Source of the DNA: Antedon mediterranea
Taxonomy: Eukaryota; Animalia; Echinodermata
Reading direction: 5' to 3'
DNA length: 64,000 bases
NCBI RefSeq assembly: GCF_964355755.1
Contig: NC_092676.1
Span: 19,610,871-19,674,870 of the forward strand
Position numbers and translations under genes: made by a program. The notes under the pieces are model-generated. The model did not search any database. It was given only the letters and a program-made list of their open reading frames with translations, and was not told the DNA's origin. This document shows positions 27,727-40,300 of the stretch, one piece after another (position 1 is the first letter of the stretch; every line of letters starts with the position of its first letter).

Positions 27727-28146
27727 TATTTTAATATTTTTTTTTTATATTTCGTCAACACCGTTGGTTTAATTTAGCTCGTCAAACATTAAATGGGCCT
27801 ATTAAATTGTTTAGATTAACTTATTTATTTGGTAACATACATGATAGTTATGTTTATTGATTGTAAAAGATTTGTAAAAATTGTTATGATTGAATTTGAC
27901 TTGTTTTTTTAGTTTAAAACTATAGAGGACGTACTTTAAATGGTGTAGAATTATAGAAAAATAAATACAAGTGTGTTTACAAAATAAAACAACACAAAAA
28001 TATCATGAGAATATGCTATTTACTAATATAAATGGAAAAAAAAAATGAAAAAATGGAGACTTATAGTAAAAAACAAACAAACAGTAAATAATAGACCTAA
28101 GCCTAGGCCTAGTAGGCCTAGTTTAAATAATTTGTTTGTTTGTTAT

Positions 28147-28208
28147 CTATAGGGGGCGTACTGTCTCTTTTTTTAATTGACTCATGGGATATCCAAAATG
28201 GCAGCCTC
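28147..28208 (+). promoter_or_regulatory. Candidate DDX10 core promoter
   Basis: TAGGGGGCG, a pyrimidine tract GTCTCTTTTTTT (TCT/TOP-like), TGACTCA and a YY1-like CAAAATGGCAGC overlapping the ATG. Confidence 0.35.
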
Positions 28209-28359
28209 CAGTAATTATAAACATGATGGTGGAAAGAAAGGAAAGAAGTATAAAGCTAAATTTAGCAAAAACCGAACACCTGATATACAGCATAAACGAA
28301 AACAAAAATGGCAACTGGATGAAGAAGAAATTGCTTTGCTGAAATCAAAATATGACAGC
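28198..28359 (+). CDS. DDX10: DDX10 exon 1
   Basis: ATG 28198, Lys-rich N-terminus ending [18 protein letters not shown]; donor gtatgt; 162 nt, phase 0. Confidence 0.88.
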
Positions 28360-31300
28360 GTATGTGTATTTATGTAAAAACGTGTGTAGGAGGCCTCCTC
28401 TAGCTAGCCTGATAGGCTAGCTAGGCCTAGCTCTAGGTAGGCTCTAGGATAGGCCTAGCTAGCTAGGCCTAGAGAGTAGGCCTACTACTAGGCTAGCCAG
28501 GCCCTCTATAGACTATAGAGGCCTAACTAGGCCCGCCTACCTTATCCAGCGTAGCTAGGCCATGCTAGGCTAAGTTAGACTAGGCTAGCCGCTCTACTAC
28601 TACTAGTAGTAGGCCTAGCTAGGCCCTCTAGCTAGGTAGTTATTAGGGCGCTAGTTCCGTTTCGCACCTGTCATTTATTTCGACTCAAAATTTGTTTAGT
28701 AACTTTATCGTGAGTACCACACCTTAGAATTAGGCCTCAAAAATACTTTTACGAAGGAGATCACACAAAAAGTAACAAATAAATCCTTTAAATTGATGAA
28801 TTTACAGACGTGTTTCTCGCACATCTGTTCGTGAATTTCGCATACGCCATGTTCAATGTTGTTGTGTCTATGGAGCGCCAAAAAAGCAATAATAATAGAG
28901 GGACGAAAACTCAATATAATGCGTATATTTAATGCATTTATTGGTGAAAATTACGTTCAATTTTAATATATTTTGTCAATGTCAATGCAACAAAAATGTT
29001 ACTGTTGATACTGTACATGGTTTTCGCAGTTTTCGTTAACCTTACTGTACTGTACTCTTAGTCTTAGAGGCCTAGGCTAGGTAGTGATGCTGATTTAGGC
29101 CTAGAGTTTTGTTGCATTGAAATTGACAAAATATATTAAAATTGAACGTAATTTTCACAAAAAAAGGCATTAAATATACGCATTATATTGAGTTTTCAGC
29201 TCTCTATTATGATTGCTCTTTTGGCGCTCCATAGAAACAACAACATTGAACGCGAAATTCACGAACCGATTGCGAGAAACACGTCTGTAAATTCATCAAT
29301 TTAAAGGATTTATTTGTTACTTTTTGTGTGATCTTCTTCGTAAAAGTATTTTTGAGGCCTAATTCTAAGGTGTGGTACTCACGATAAAGTTACTAAACAA
29401 ATTTTGAGTTGAAATAAATGACAGGTGCGAAACGGAACTAGCGCCGTTATTAGGGTAGCCTAGCTAGCTAGGCATAGGCCTATCCTATTTACACAGTAGA
29501 TGGAAAGTAGGATTAAGCTAGAGAGGCCTCGGCGCATACTAAAATGGGTGCTAACTAATGCACTTTCGCACCACAATCTCTCGAGCTTACCCAATTTAAA
29601 AATATTCACCTGCTGAGCCTGAGTGGTGGTGATGGTGAGTGACCGCGAAGTCTTTAAATGCCCATTGAAACTGCAGTATTGCCAAAAATGCTGTAAGGTA
29701 GTAACGCCGAGGCCTCTAAATAGTCCCCAGAAATAAGCAGTAGATACTACTAATGCACTTGTCAATTGTATGACCCACTATACGACCCCCGGGAGAAATG
29801 CGTCATTTGTCCGATGTGCGTCATACTTTTGAATACCATGACGCACCCGTGCGTCAAAAAGGTGACTTACCTTTAGGTAACCATGACGCACCCATTTTGA
29901 CGCACTGTGACCATGTTGTTTATGATATGGTGGGTGGTAAAGTGACGGACATTGACACACCTTGTTCATTGATGTGACGTACCATCTAGGTTTTTTGACG
30001 CACCCCTGCGTCAGTAATTATTTGTAAATGACGCACCCATGACGCACCTCTCCCGGGGGTTGTATAGTGAGTCATACAATTGACAAGTGCATAAGGCCTA
30101 GTCTACTACTGTACTTGTAGGATATTATACTTTAGTTTATAATATTAATAATTAGTTTGGACAATTACAACTGATGATGCTAATGCAGTGATGGATTTAA
30201 TAGTAAATTAATTAAATTTTAAAAATAATTATATTGTTTTTTGGCTAAACAAATTCTCTGTTTCTAAGAAATTATAAATACTACTTTACAACTTATATAT
30301 ACTAGGCCATCTAATTTGTTAATATAATAATTAATAGCTATGGTATAATAATTTTAGTTATATCATGTATCATGTGACCAAGTGTAGATTAAATATTTTC
30401 GACTGTTGAGCAAATTAATATTAAAGCAGATAGTAATATCGAACATTTATAAAGTGCTCTTTGCCGGAGTCTCACGGTGCAACATGAAAAGAATATACTA
30501 TTGAAATAGGTGAGTTTTTGGGAGCGATTTGAATTGAAAAGGGGATGGAGTGTAACAGAGAAAATGGTAAATTTAGACAAAAATAATATTTACTATTTGT
30601 CGATAAATGATGTCAACTTGTAGAGTGCGCCATCTGTAACTTCTATACAAAATATAAAACTCGAGCGCTGCCATTCATGAAGTAGTCAAGCGTCCTTCAA
30701 CATTGGAAGACTGAAGAGACAGAAAAAAATTGAATAAAAACTTTAATACTTTAGAACTGCAAAATGTTAAAATGTAAACAAAAAACAACTATTCTTTGCA
30801 TTTAAATAAGTTTAGTTTCAGCATTGATACACTAGAAAAATGACTAAAAGGCCTGCAGTTTTATTCAATTCAATTCAAATTTATTCACCTCCCTTAGGAG
30901 AAACATATTAAAACTGTACAGCAAAATAGGACACATCAAAATGAAAATTCACATGAATCAAAATATTAAAATGGTTTAACAAGTTAAATAAAGTGTCAAA
31001 CTCTCAAAGCAATACTACTGAAGAATAGTCTTTTGTAATGTAAATTGTCGTGTCTAAATTCAATCGATCTAGGCCTACTGTAGCTAGGCATACTTAATCA
31101 TGCATATTGGGTAATAAATAAAATATTGCTATGAAAAAATCTATATTGTTTGGCTTAATAAAAAAAATAACTTTAAATTTACCATTTGTTTTTTTAATTA
31201 ATTTTAATAATAAATTCAATAAATTTTCCATGTGTTAATACCCTTCGGTTAACGTTTTTCATTAAGCTAATTTTCAGAAATAAGGTTTTTAATTTTTCGT

Positions 31301-34300
31301 AATGCTTGCGCACATGCAGATGGATTTGTTTACAAAGTGGGCGGAGCTTGCATGTTGCATGTTGGGAAATAGCATTAAAGTTAACGAGTACGTGCTACTG
31401 CGAAAGCTCCCGAATATCTCCAGAGCACCTCAAGCTATATTTGAACGTGCCCCTCAGCTAATAAAGATGGTACATATCTGTGCCATCTAAAATGTTTTAG
31501 TTACTATTGTAAAGGAATTGGTTTTTCTGTCCAAATGTATTTTAGTAATGGTAGTTTTTATTATTGCTTGAAGTTAGCCTACCTTACCATCTTTGCAAGT
31601 ATAGTGTTTTTAGTCGGATACTATATTTAGTCCAATATACAATAACTTAATGAACAAAGAATAAAAAACTTAACCTCAAAAAGTATTTTGCAAATCTATT
31701 TTGACCTTGGCAATATGATTTAATAAACAATTGGCCTTGGACCTATTTCCCCTGATAATTTTAATCTACCTACGCATTGATATCTCCATGGGTTTTAGAC
31801 AATTCTCAAAATGTTCTCCTGTATTTATGTTAATATTAATATATAAATTACAATTGGTTAAAACAATGAGCAATCATATCAATGTGTAACAACTGATCAA
31901 AAATATGTACACTCATTATTATGTAATTAGGAAATTTTGATACAATGTGACCATACCGTATACGGCAGTTTTTGCATCAAGGAGATAGATAGGTCATAAA
32001 GCTTTAAACCGACGCTACACCATAAAGAAAGTTCTCTGGTTACGAATATGCTCAAACTGCGTCACAAATAATTTCTGCCCATCTTGAAAACACACCAATC
32101 ATCTTTTTTTAAATCTGAAAATGAATTCATTGTTTCTCATAGCAAAAGATTTGACTAATTGTTAAATAAAAAACAATAATATATTTTGAATTGTTTCGCT
32201 TCTAGGTAACGCCCACCAATAAGGTTACAATCTCTGAAGATCTTCACCAGCTTTTTGTTATAAATTTGTATTATTATTTTTTTATTCATTTATTATTTAC
32301 TAAAAATGTCCTTGTAATTCTTGATTTTAAACCTAGAAAAAGTAAACATTGAATGGTAAAATCACCTATATTATATTGTATAAGTTCGGTTATTTGAATT
32401 TCTAGTATACTGATCATACTGCTGATGATTTTTAATCTATATAAAATATTTTGATTTTTTTGCAGTTTGATGCAGCAAATGTGGAAACCTTTGATGATTT
32501 TCCTATCTGTCAAAGAACCAAGGCTGGTTTGCTCAAATCCAACTTCATCTCTCCAACTGATATACAGAAGGCAACGATCGGCCTAGGACTGCAAAGCTTT
32601 GATATTCTTGGAGCTGCTAAGACTGGTTCAGGAAAAACTCTCGCATTTCTAATACCAGTATGAATTATTTTGTTTTTTAGCAGAAAGTAAATTGACAATG
32701 TTGAAAATAAAATTACAGGAAAAACTCTGGAAACTTATACCATTATGAATTTTTATCTTGTTTTTTACCAGAAAGTAAATTGACAATTTTGAAAATAAAA
32801 TTACAGGAAAACTCTGGAATTCTTGTACCATTATGAATTTTCATTTTGTTAGTATAAAGTAGTGGTATACAGTAAAACCCCTATTAAATCGATATTGTTG
32901 TGGTAACAAGTGTGTTCCCTGAATAAGGATTTGCTGTAGTGTTATATATACTGTCCATAGTTCGTATGTGGCCCTGAATAGGGGTCCCAAAGCAGGGGTT
33001 TTACTGTATATATATATTTTGTTGTATAAATTTCTTTTGTAGTGCTTTTTTCAAAAGTCTGATTTATTTATGTTACTTGGTTTTCTGTTTTTATAGTATT
33101 TTATTAACATTTTTTTAGCTTCTAGAATGCCTTTACAGAAACAGGTTCTCAGCTGCAGACGGGCTCGGTGCTTTGGTGATTTCTCCGACACGTGAGCTGG
33201 CGTATCAGACATTTGAAGTTCTTTCCAAAATTGGCACACAGCACGATTTCTCAGCAGGACTTGTGATTGGTGGAAAGGTAAGGCATTTGTTTAAGCCACA
33301 TTTTATTTTCCATATCGACAAGAAATCAACAATTTATTTCTTATGACATTAGGTAAAATATTTCAGTTTAAAATTTCAGCAGTGGTTGGGTAAGTGAAAG
33401 TCAAAATAAGATTTCAGTAAAAATAAAAAAATGTGGTTACCTTATGGACCTAAAATCCCACAAAGGAATTGAGTGAGGAAGATTGTTTTCCCAGAGGGCC
33501 CAGTTATGATGAGTGGCTGTGTGTGACAGTGGCATAAGTAAACTGTGTGCACATGAGCTAGATGTGTACACTGAACCTATGGTTTATAGTCCTTATCCGA
33601 GAAGACTTGTTCTACCACAAGAGCCATGGAGCGAGTGAGCCTTGTTATGGTTCAACTGTCTTAACCGCTCGGCTACTCACTCGCTTGATAGCTCCTATTC
33701 TTCCAACTTTTATATGTAATGTTTAAGGTACTGTATTTTCTTAAGTGATCATATTACAGTTTTAGTAGCCGTTGTCACGATTTGAACCTAGTACTTGCGG
33801 TCTTTAGGCTAGCATATAAATATTTGTCAATCAATTTATACATGACCTAATATTCACACCAATTTCCATGAATTATTCAGAATAAAATGATCTTGTAATA
33901 CACAGTTCATAATGTGTATTGCCTAATATTATACGAGTTCAACTTAAGGCCAATATGACCGTAATCCTCCAATCTGAATTGCCCTTCACTATTATCATAT
34001 AAACAATATTAAACTGCTTTAAATTGTCAATTCAATGCGTCACATAATGTTTTATGCCCTTGGCCTATGAATTTCACCCTAGTAGCTGTTGTTTAGCTGT
34101 TGCGGCATGCTTGTTTTTCTAATAATGTTCCCTCAATTGGTTGAGTTCAATGCTGTATTGTTTGTATGTACTACTTCCTTTATTTAGTGAGTACATTACA
34201 AATGTTTTATCTATTTTAGTTCTGCTTGTTACAGTAGATGAAACAAACATTCTTTTACCAAATGTGCTTAAAATCTTGATGTACTGGCTACAGTATATCT

Positions 34301-37300
34301 TATAGAATGTACTAAAGTATATGTTCCAGTGGTCAAATTTATCAAAAATGCTTAGAAAAACTATCATTTTACTTTTTTTTAATTCATTGGTTTTACTCAA
34401 GTTTAACAAAAATTTAATAAAAATAGAATATATTCATGTGTTTTTTCCCTTAAATCTTAGTTTTAATTATATAAAATAGTTTGTTTCACTTGGTATTTTA
34501 CTGCAGTAATACACTGATAAAACTATACATCAAATACATCTTTTGTTTAAATTTAATGTTACTTCTATTTAATATAGTATACTCTATGGTATCACGTAAA
34601 TGAATGAATTCGCTTATTTTGGGCAATTTTCCTAAATATGATAAAGTATAAAGAATAAATAATAAAATAATAATAACGTATACTCAATGATATCAAGTAA
34701 ATAATACTTGTTTAGACTTGAGAGCAGTAAAAGTAGTTAATTCAAGTACATTTTAATTTCTAGTTGGATAAATTGTAAATCTATTTGTTAAAACATAAGA
34801 TTACAGTGCAGCTTAAACACGAAAGGCTATATTTTTTGCGAAACATCTTTTAATGCTCCCCACCTTGACACGGTTTATCTGTTAAGAGTTGACCTCGTAT
34901 TTCGCTTGTAATGTCCTAAGTTTATTAAAATTTATTAATTTATATCTCATCTGATTCATGTATATTCATATTTAAAGTATTTAAGAATTTATTGGATTTT
35001 ATTTATAAGGGTATTAGATCCGAAGGATAACGTTTTATAAATACCATATTTTTAAAAAGGGTCAAAATTTAATCATAATAATTTGAAAGCTTATTAAATT
35101 ATAGGATGTTGTAATGACTATTAATTATAATATTACTTTAATAGAATTATTCAAAATACAAGCATAGATTTTGTATTCAGTTTATAGGATAACTAAAATA
35201 CATTTGAAATACATTTTTTTCCTTAAATCCATTCTTACTAGTGTTTGTGATACACCATGTGTTTGCAAAAAAAGAATTAGGTTGACTAAGTCTCAATGTT
35301 TAGGTTGTTGTGCATTGTTTTCTAACTAAAATAAAAAGAACTCACTGGCTTGATAAATAAATCACTAGTTAACTGACAATTAGCTAGCATAGAACTTTAG
35401 CTGAACTCTATTAAAGCTGTTAAAACAGTGTAATTTTTTAGGTAAAATTTGGTACTTCTTTCAAATGTTAGAAATGTTCAACTTAATAATATGACCTTGA
35501 TGAAATGACCTTGAGAGAAAAGAGAAAACCCCTTGACAAATGGAAAAGATTTATGTATGAGCATTAACTTTACCAAAAAAAAATGTTTTTCCGCACCTGT
35601 ACCTTTACAACATTCTGTTAAAAACTATGATCAGATTTAAACGTTTTTGAAGATTATATGTCATGAAGACCTTGAATGCTTGGCCCTTGAGTCCCTGCGG
35701 CAGATTAAGCTGCTAACTACGATTAACTAGCTTGCCAATTCTAACATAGGCATTATGAATTACAGCTACTTAGATGTGACTTTTATCGTTGCTTGATTAA
35801 AACCAGAACAAATCATCGCAATGATCAGTTTCGTTCTTTGTCAAAAGCAGGTCAACGGATCTAACGATGTCTAAAATATTCTACTTAATATTCGGATCCC
35901 TCGAAACGTAAAATGTCAACTGACGATTTAGCCGTCAATGTGTAAATACACTGTGACGTTTTGTTCTTGGTTGATGACAGGAGGATGTGTTTTTTTATTA
36001 TTGTGTTAATGGGAGGAATCAGTTGAGTGCTGGAAAAGTGATATTTATTTATTTTTATTTTCCCATCCAACAGTAAACTCAAGGTTCACCACTTACAGTC
36101 AGAATAACCAATTTATTGAAATATTACAAATGTATGTTATATTCATGATTTAAAACAATTTATTTCAAGATTCGTTCGTTAAACTGTACATTGTCCTGTC
36201 ACCATTTCTATGTGCAAGCCTTCTCTCATGAAGTTATCCCAAGATGTACTGCTCTCAGTTAGTAATATCCAACTGTTTTTGCATTAGAACATTTTAACCA
36301 GGCCAGGAATTTGGCAGAGGTTTCCTTTTTTTTTCTGCAAATAGGGGAAGCGTAATCAACTGAAGAAAAGATGTTAGGCCTGCGTAGCTGGTCTCTAGTT
36401 TGTAAAGGGCATCATTTCAGGAAAAAGTGGGTTCTGTCAAACCCTACGACCACCCCCCCCCCCCCCTTCTCGCTGGTCATTTGTTTTATTATAAACTATT
36501 AAAATCTTTATTTAACAAAATGTTTTGTAAGACCATATTCCCCCATATATAATATATAATATAATACTTAGGGCGATATTTATAATGTCTTGTAAAAAGT
36601 TCAAATTTAAGCCTTTTGTTTTTCAGATATGACACATCCATCGTAGTGGCTTGATCACTGATAATGTGTTTGACTAAATTGACTAATTTCTTTTTTCTAT
36701 TTTCCTTAATTTGGGCAATTTTAGCAAAGACAGCTGCGATTCAGATTTTTTTTGTTTTGGATAATGACCATCAATATGTCTAGTCACAAATTTATTTTCA
36801 TTTCTTGTAATTTTCGACTGTTTGAGGTTTTTGTCTAGACCGCCCCTATTTTTAACTTGATGTACTGGTTATATTCACACTTTATTTAATATTGGGCTTG
36901 TGATTTTGTGAATTAATTAATTAAACTTTTTCTTTAAACTTTTTTTCTCACTTCCTGCAAATAAATATGGTAGTACTGTACATGTATTATACCCTTTACG
37001 TTTGTCCTCTTGTTGTGTTTGTGTTGTCCTGTAGCGTAATTGTGTAATTTTTTTTACAAATAATAAATATATTTTTTATTTTATTACTACAACTTGTCTG
37101 ATCTTAAGTTAAGATTAAAATTTAAGTATTGTTTATTTGTATTTGACACAAGTATTAGTTAATTTTGTACTGGTAAAAACCAGGCTTAAAGCTCTATATT
37201 GAGCTTATTTGGTGTTTTCCAGGCTTTGCATCTTTTATTTAATACTTTGAATTGAATTAATCTGTATAAATAACAAGTTTGATGCATTGTAAAATAAAAA

Positions 37301-40300
37301 CGAACGATCGAAAACAAAAAAAACACAATTTGTTTCTATTTTTTTCTACTGGTTGCAATACAAAAAACATCCAAAGTCTGCAAATGGCATTTCGCATACT
37401 TAAAATTCCGGAGAAAAGTTTAACAAAGCAAATTTTAAACATGAGAGCGTTCTCTATTTCGGTGTGCCCGTCTCTTAAAAATTTCTGCATATAAAAAGTA
37501 CGCCCTCATATTCACTTGGCGGGCATTTAAAATCTCTTTTTCCTATGAAATAAAACCGCTTCAGGTCCAGTTTACATATCTGACTTGTGTGCACATTAAA
37601 GAACCTGCTGCATATTTCGTCCATTGTGGCTCTATAGAGAACTTATTCCAAATTTTCCTAAAGGAGAATCAACAATATCGAAAAAAACGAAACAAAACAA
37701 ATACCTCCATTCCTAAAAACTGTGTTAATTATTAAACTGTAGAGATTGTATTAAATAGAAAATTGATGTTCACTGTTGGCAAGATGCCTATGGATAAGTT
37801 ATACAAACAATGAAACAACCTTGTCAATATATTAAATTTCTAATAATCTCACTCTTTCACGGTCTTGATTGACTCAACACAGCAATAAAAACACCAAAAC
37901 CCCTATACAGTAACTATTTACTGATAGAAGTAAAAGATATATAATATAGCATTACAGCAGATTGTCAGGGTCTTGTTTCCTGATTTGGCACTCTTCCTTG
38001 ATTCCACATGCTTTCCGCTGTGGATCGTGGCTTTGCAAATCTCGTGGGCTAAGTTTACTGTCTGACCAGAGGGCCATGTGCAAACATGAGTTATGAGAAA
38101 CTAGCTTTATCTCACAATCCATCACATTATATTTTAAAATGAATGACCTTGCATGTATTATGATATTTCCTGTAGAACAGAATGATGTACTTCTACAGTA
38201 TGTATAAACAATGTCCATTTATTATATAATAATGAAGATGTTATAATCATGTGTAATGCTAGGTTTCTGTACATTTTCAATAATGTTTACCCAGTAAGCG
38301 AGTGAAATGATGTGTACATTTTTAGTTTTAAAAAGGCCACATACATGTTTTAAATTAGTTGCGTTTTAACTAACTGTTTTTGCGACCTTATATGGTTACG
38401 GTAAATAGAGGATGCATTGTAGTATGTAAAGCGTATTATTTTATTTAAAAATTGATTCCTTGCTTTTAATTTTGGTATATGAAGTAGGAATCCTGGAACT
38501 CTTTGCTAAAAAGTAATGTTTTTTTTAATGGGGTATTTCTTTTCATGAATTGTTATTCCACCAAGAGAAGGTGTTTCTAAAGGTAGAATCCTAATGAATG
38601 TAGGCCTCTCTGAATAGAGTTTGAACAAAAGAGCTATTTCTGAATTTTTATAATATGTTTTGTTTATATAAACATCACAGAATAAATTATAATATAAACT
38701 GCCCGGTATACTGAAATTTAATTTGAAAGATAAATATGAGGAAATTTATAAATGAGAAAATGTTGCTTTACATTTAATAACCATCAGTTATTTATAAATG
38801 GAAAAAAAAAAGGTTTTTTTCTGTTGATAGTGTACCAGTGTTTATAGAAATTCATATCTGTCTATGAAGGGGTTTCCAATTTAATTTCACTTGAATATTA
38901 ATTCGGTTACAATTTAAAATATTGTTAACATTGTAATCAAACAATTTTGCTAAAAAGCTATTAAATTGAAATGTATATTGTTAATTTAATGTCATATGTG
39001 AAAAATAACATTAGCCAGTAGGCTAGGATTTATATTGAATCCACAAAGTGTAAACTAACATTTAGACAATCAAAAGCGAGAATCTTGGGTAGCCTTGAAA
39101 TGTTATTGGAAAGTACAGGGATTGTCTCTTGATAATGTAAAGGCAAGATATAAGTGGATTATATCTATAGATGTAATTGGATGTAGATCAACCTGAGATA
39201 TGTAATTTCAAAAGATGCAAAACCACAATGTACCTTGTAACACTAACATATTACACGTAGTGGTCGATATGTTTTACTTTCGAATTTGAATGTCCGGGTT
39301 CAAATACGATAGAAATGGATTATATTTCTAGACAATTTAATTAGGTATGACTCAACCTACCAGACAAAATTACTAATACAATACAACAAATTAATAACAG
39401 AGTATATATTATGACAATGGAGTGGAGTTGTGGCTTGGTGGTTACGATGCTTGGCTACCAATCCAAGGGTCCTGGGTTCATGTTAGGATTTCTTAATGAA
39501 AAATTACAACTCCATTACCAAAGATTTTGTTTATGTAGAGCATTTTTGTGTATATGTTTGTCTTGTGAACAGGAGTGAATGAATTGCTTATTGAAATTTA
39601 ATTTGTCATTTTACCATGATAAAAAATGTTGCAAACGGGTGCTTTCTTCAACCTTCAGGATCTGGGTCCAAATCAATACAATGCTATTGCTTAACTTTTA
39701 AAGTGGAAATATAACCACACCAACGCCTCGGGTTCCCAATAGTATAGATTGATGTAGTATGGTTCTGCCATTCCAGAAATGTGCCACTTTCACTGGTCCA
39801 ATGGGGGAAAAATATGTATTTTAAAGCAATTTAAAGTGCATATTTTAAGCATTATTTTAGCAAAGCATGACATTTTAATTGGTAATAATGTCCAACCCAA
39901 CGCCTCGAGCCAGACTCACAATAGATATACTATGTTAAATAATAAAGCTCAATGTATGATATTAGTTGATTTTCAGTTTACAGACTTATGTTTTCTAGGT
40001 TAAAAAACCTATAATGTTAATACCATTGATTTCTGCATTCCATTTTCCATGCATCTTTTCTCTTTTTGTCGCCATGCTTGTCTTGTCAAAAGCCAGCTTC
40101 TGTCAGCCACCATATGCCCTTTAAATCATTTCACAAAATATAATGCCCTATTTTCATCATGTCATTTAAAAAAAATGTCAACACAGTTTCTAAATCAAAA
40201 ATCAATCGTTAAACAAAGAAGAAAAAACATATTTCATTCATCATTGTCTGGCCCATTCAATTTGATTATTCTTGAACAAATTTTGTCTCTTGAGATTTTG

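Noticed and set aside
39419-39480. Possible tRNA gene
   Set aside because: T-arm and acceptor stem are incomplete; better explained as a SINE head.
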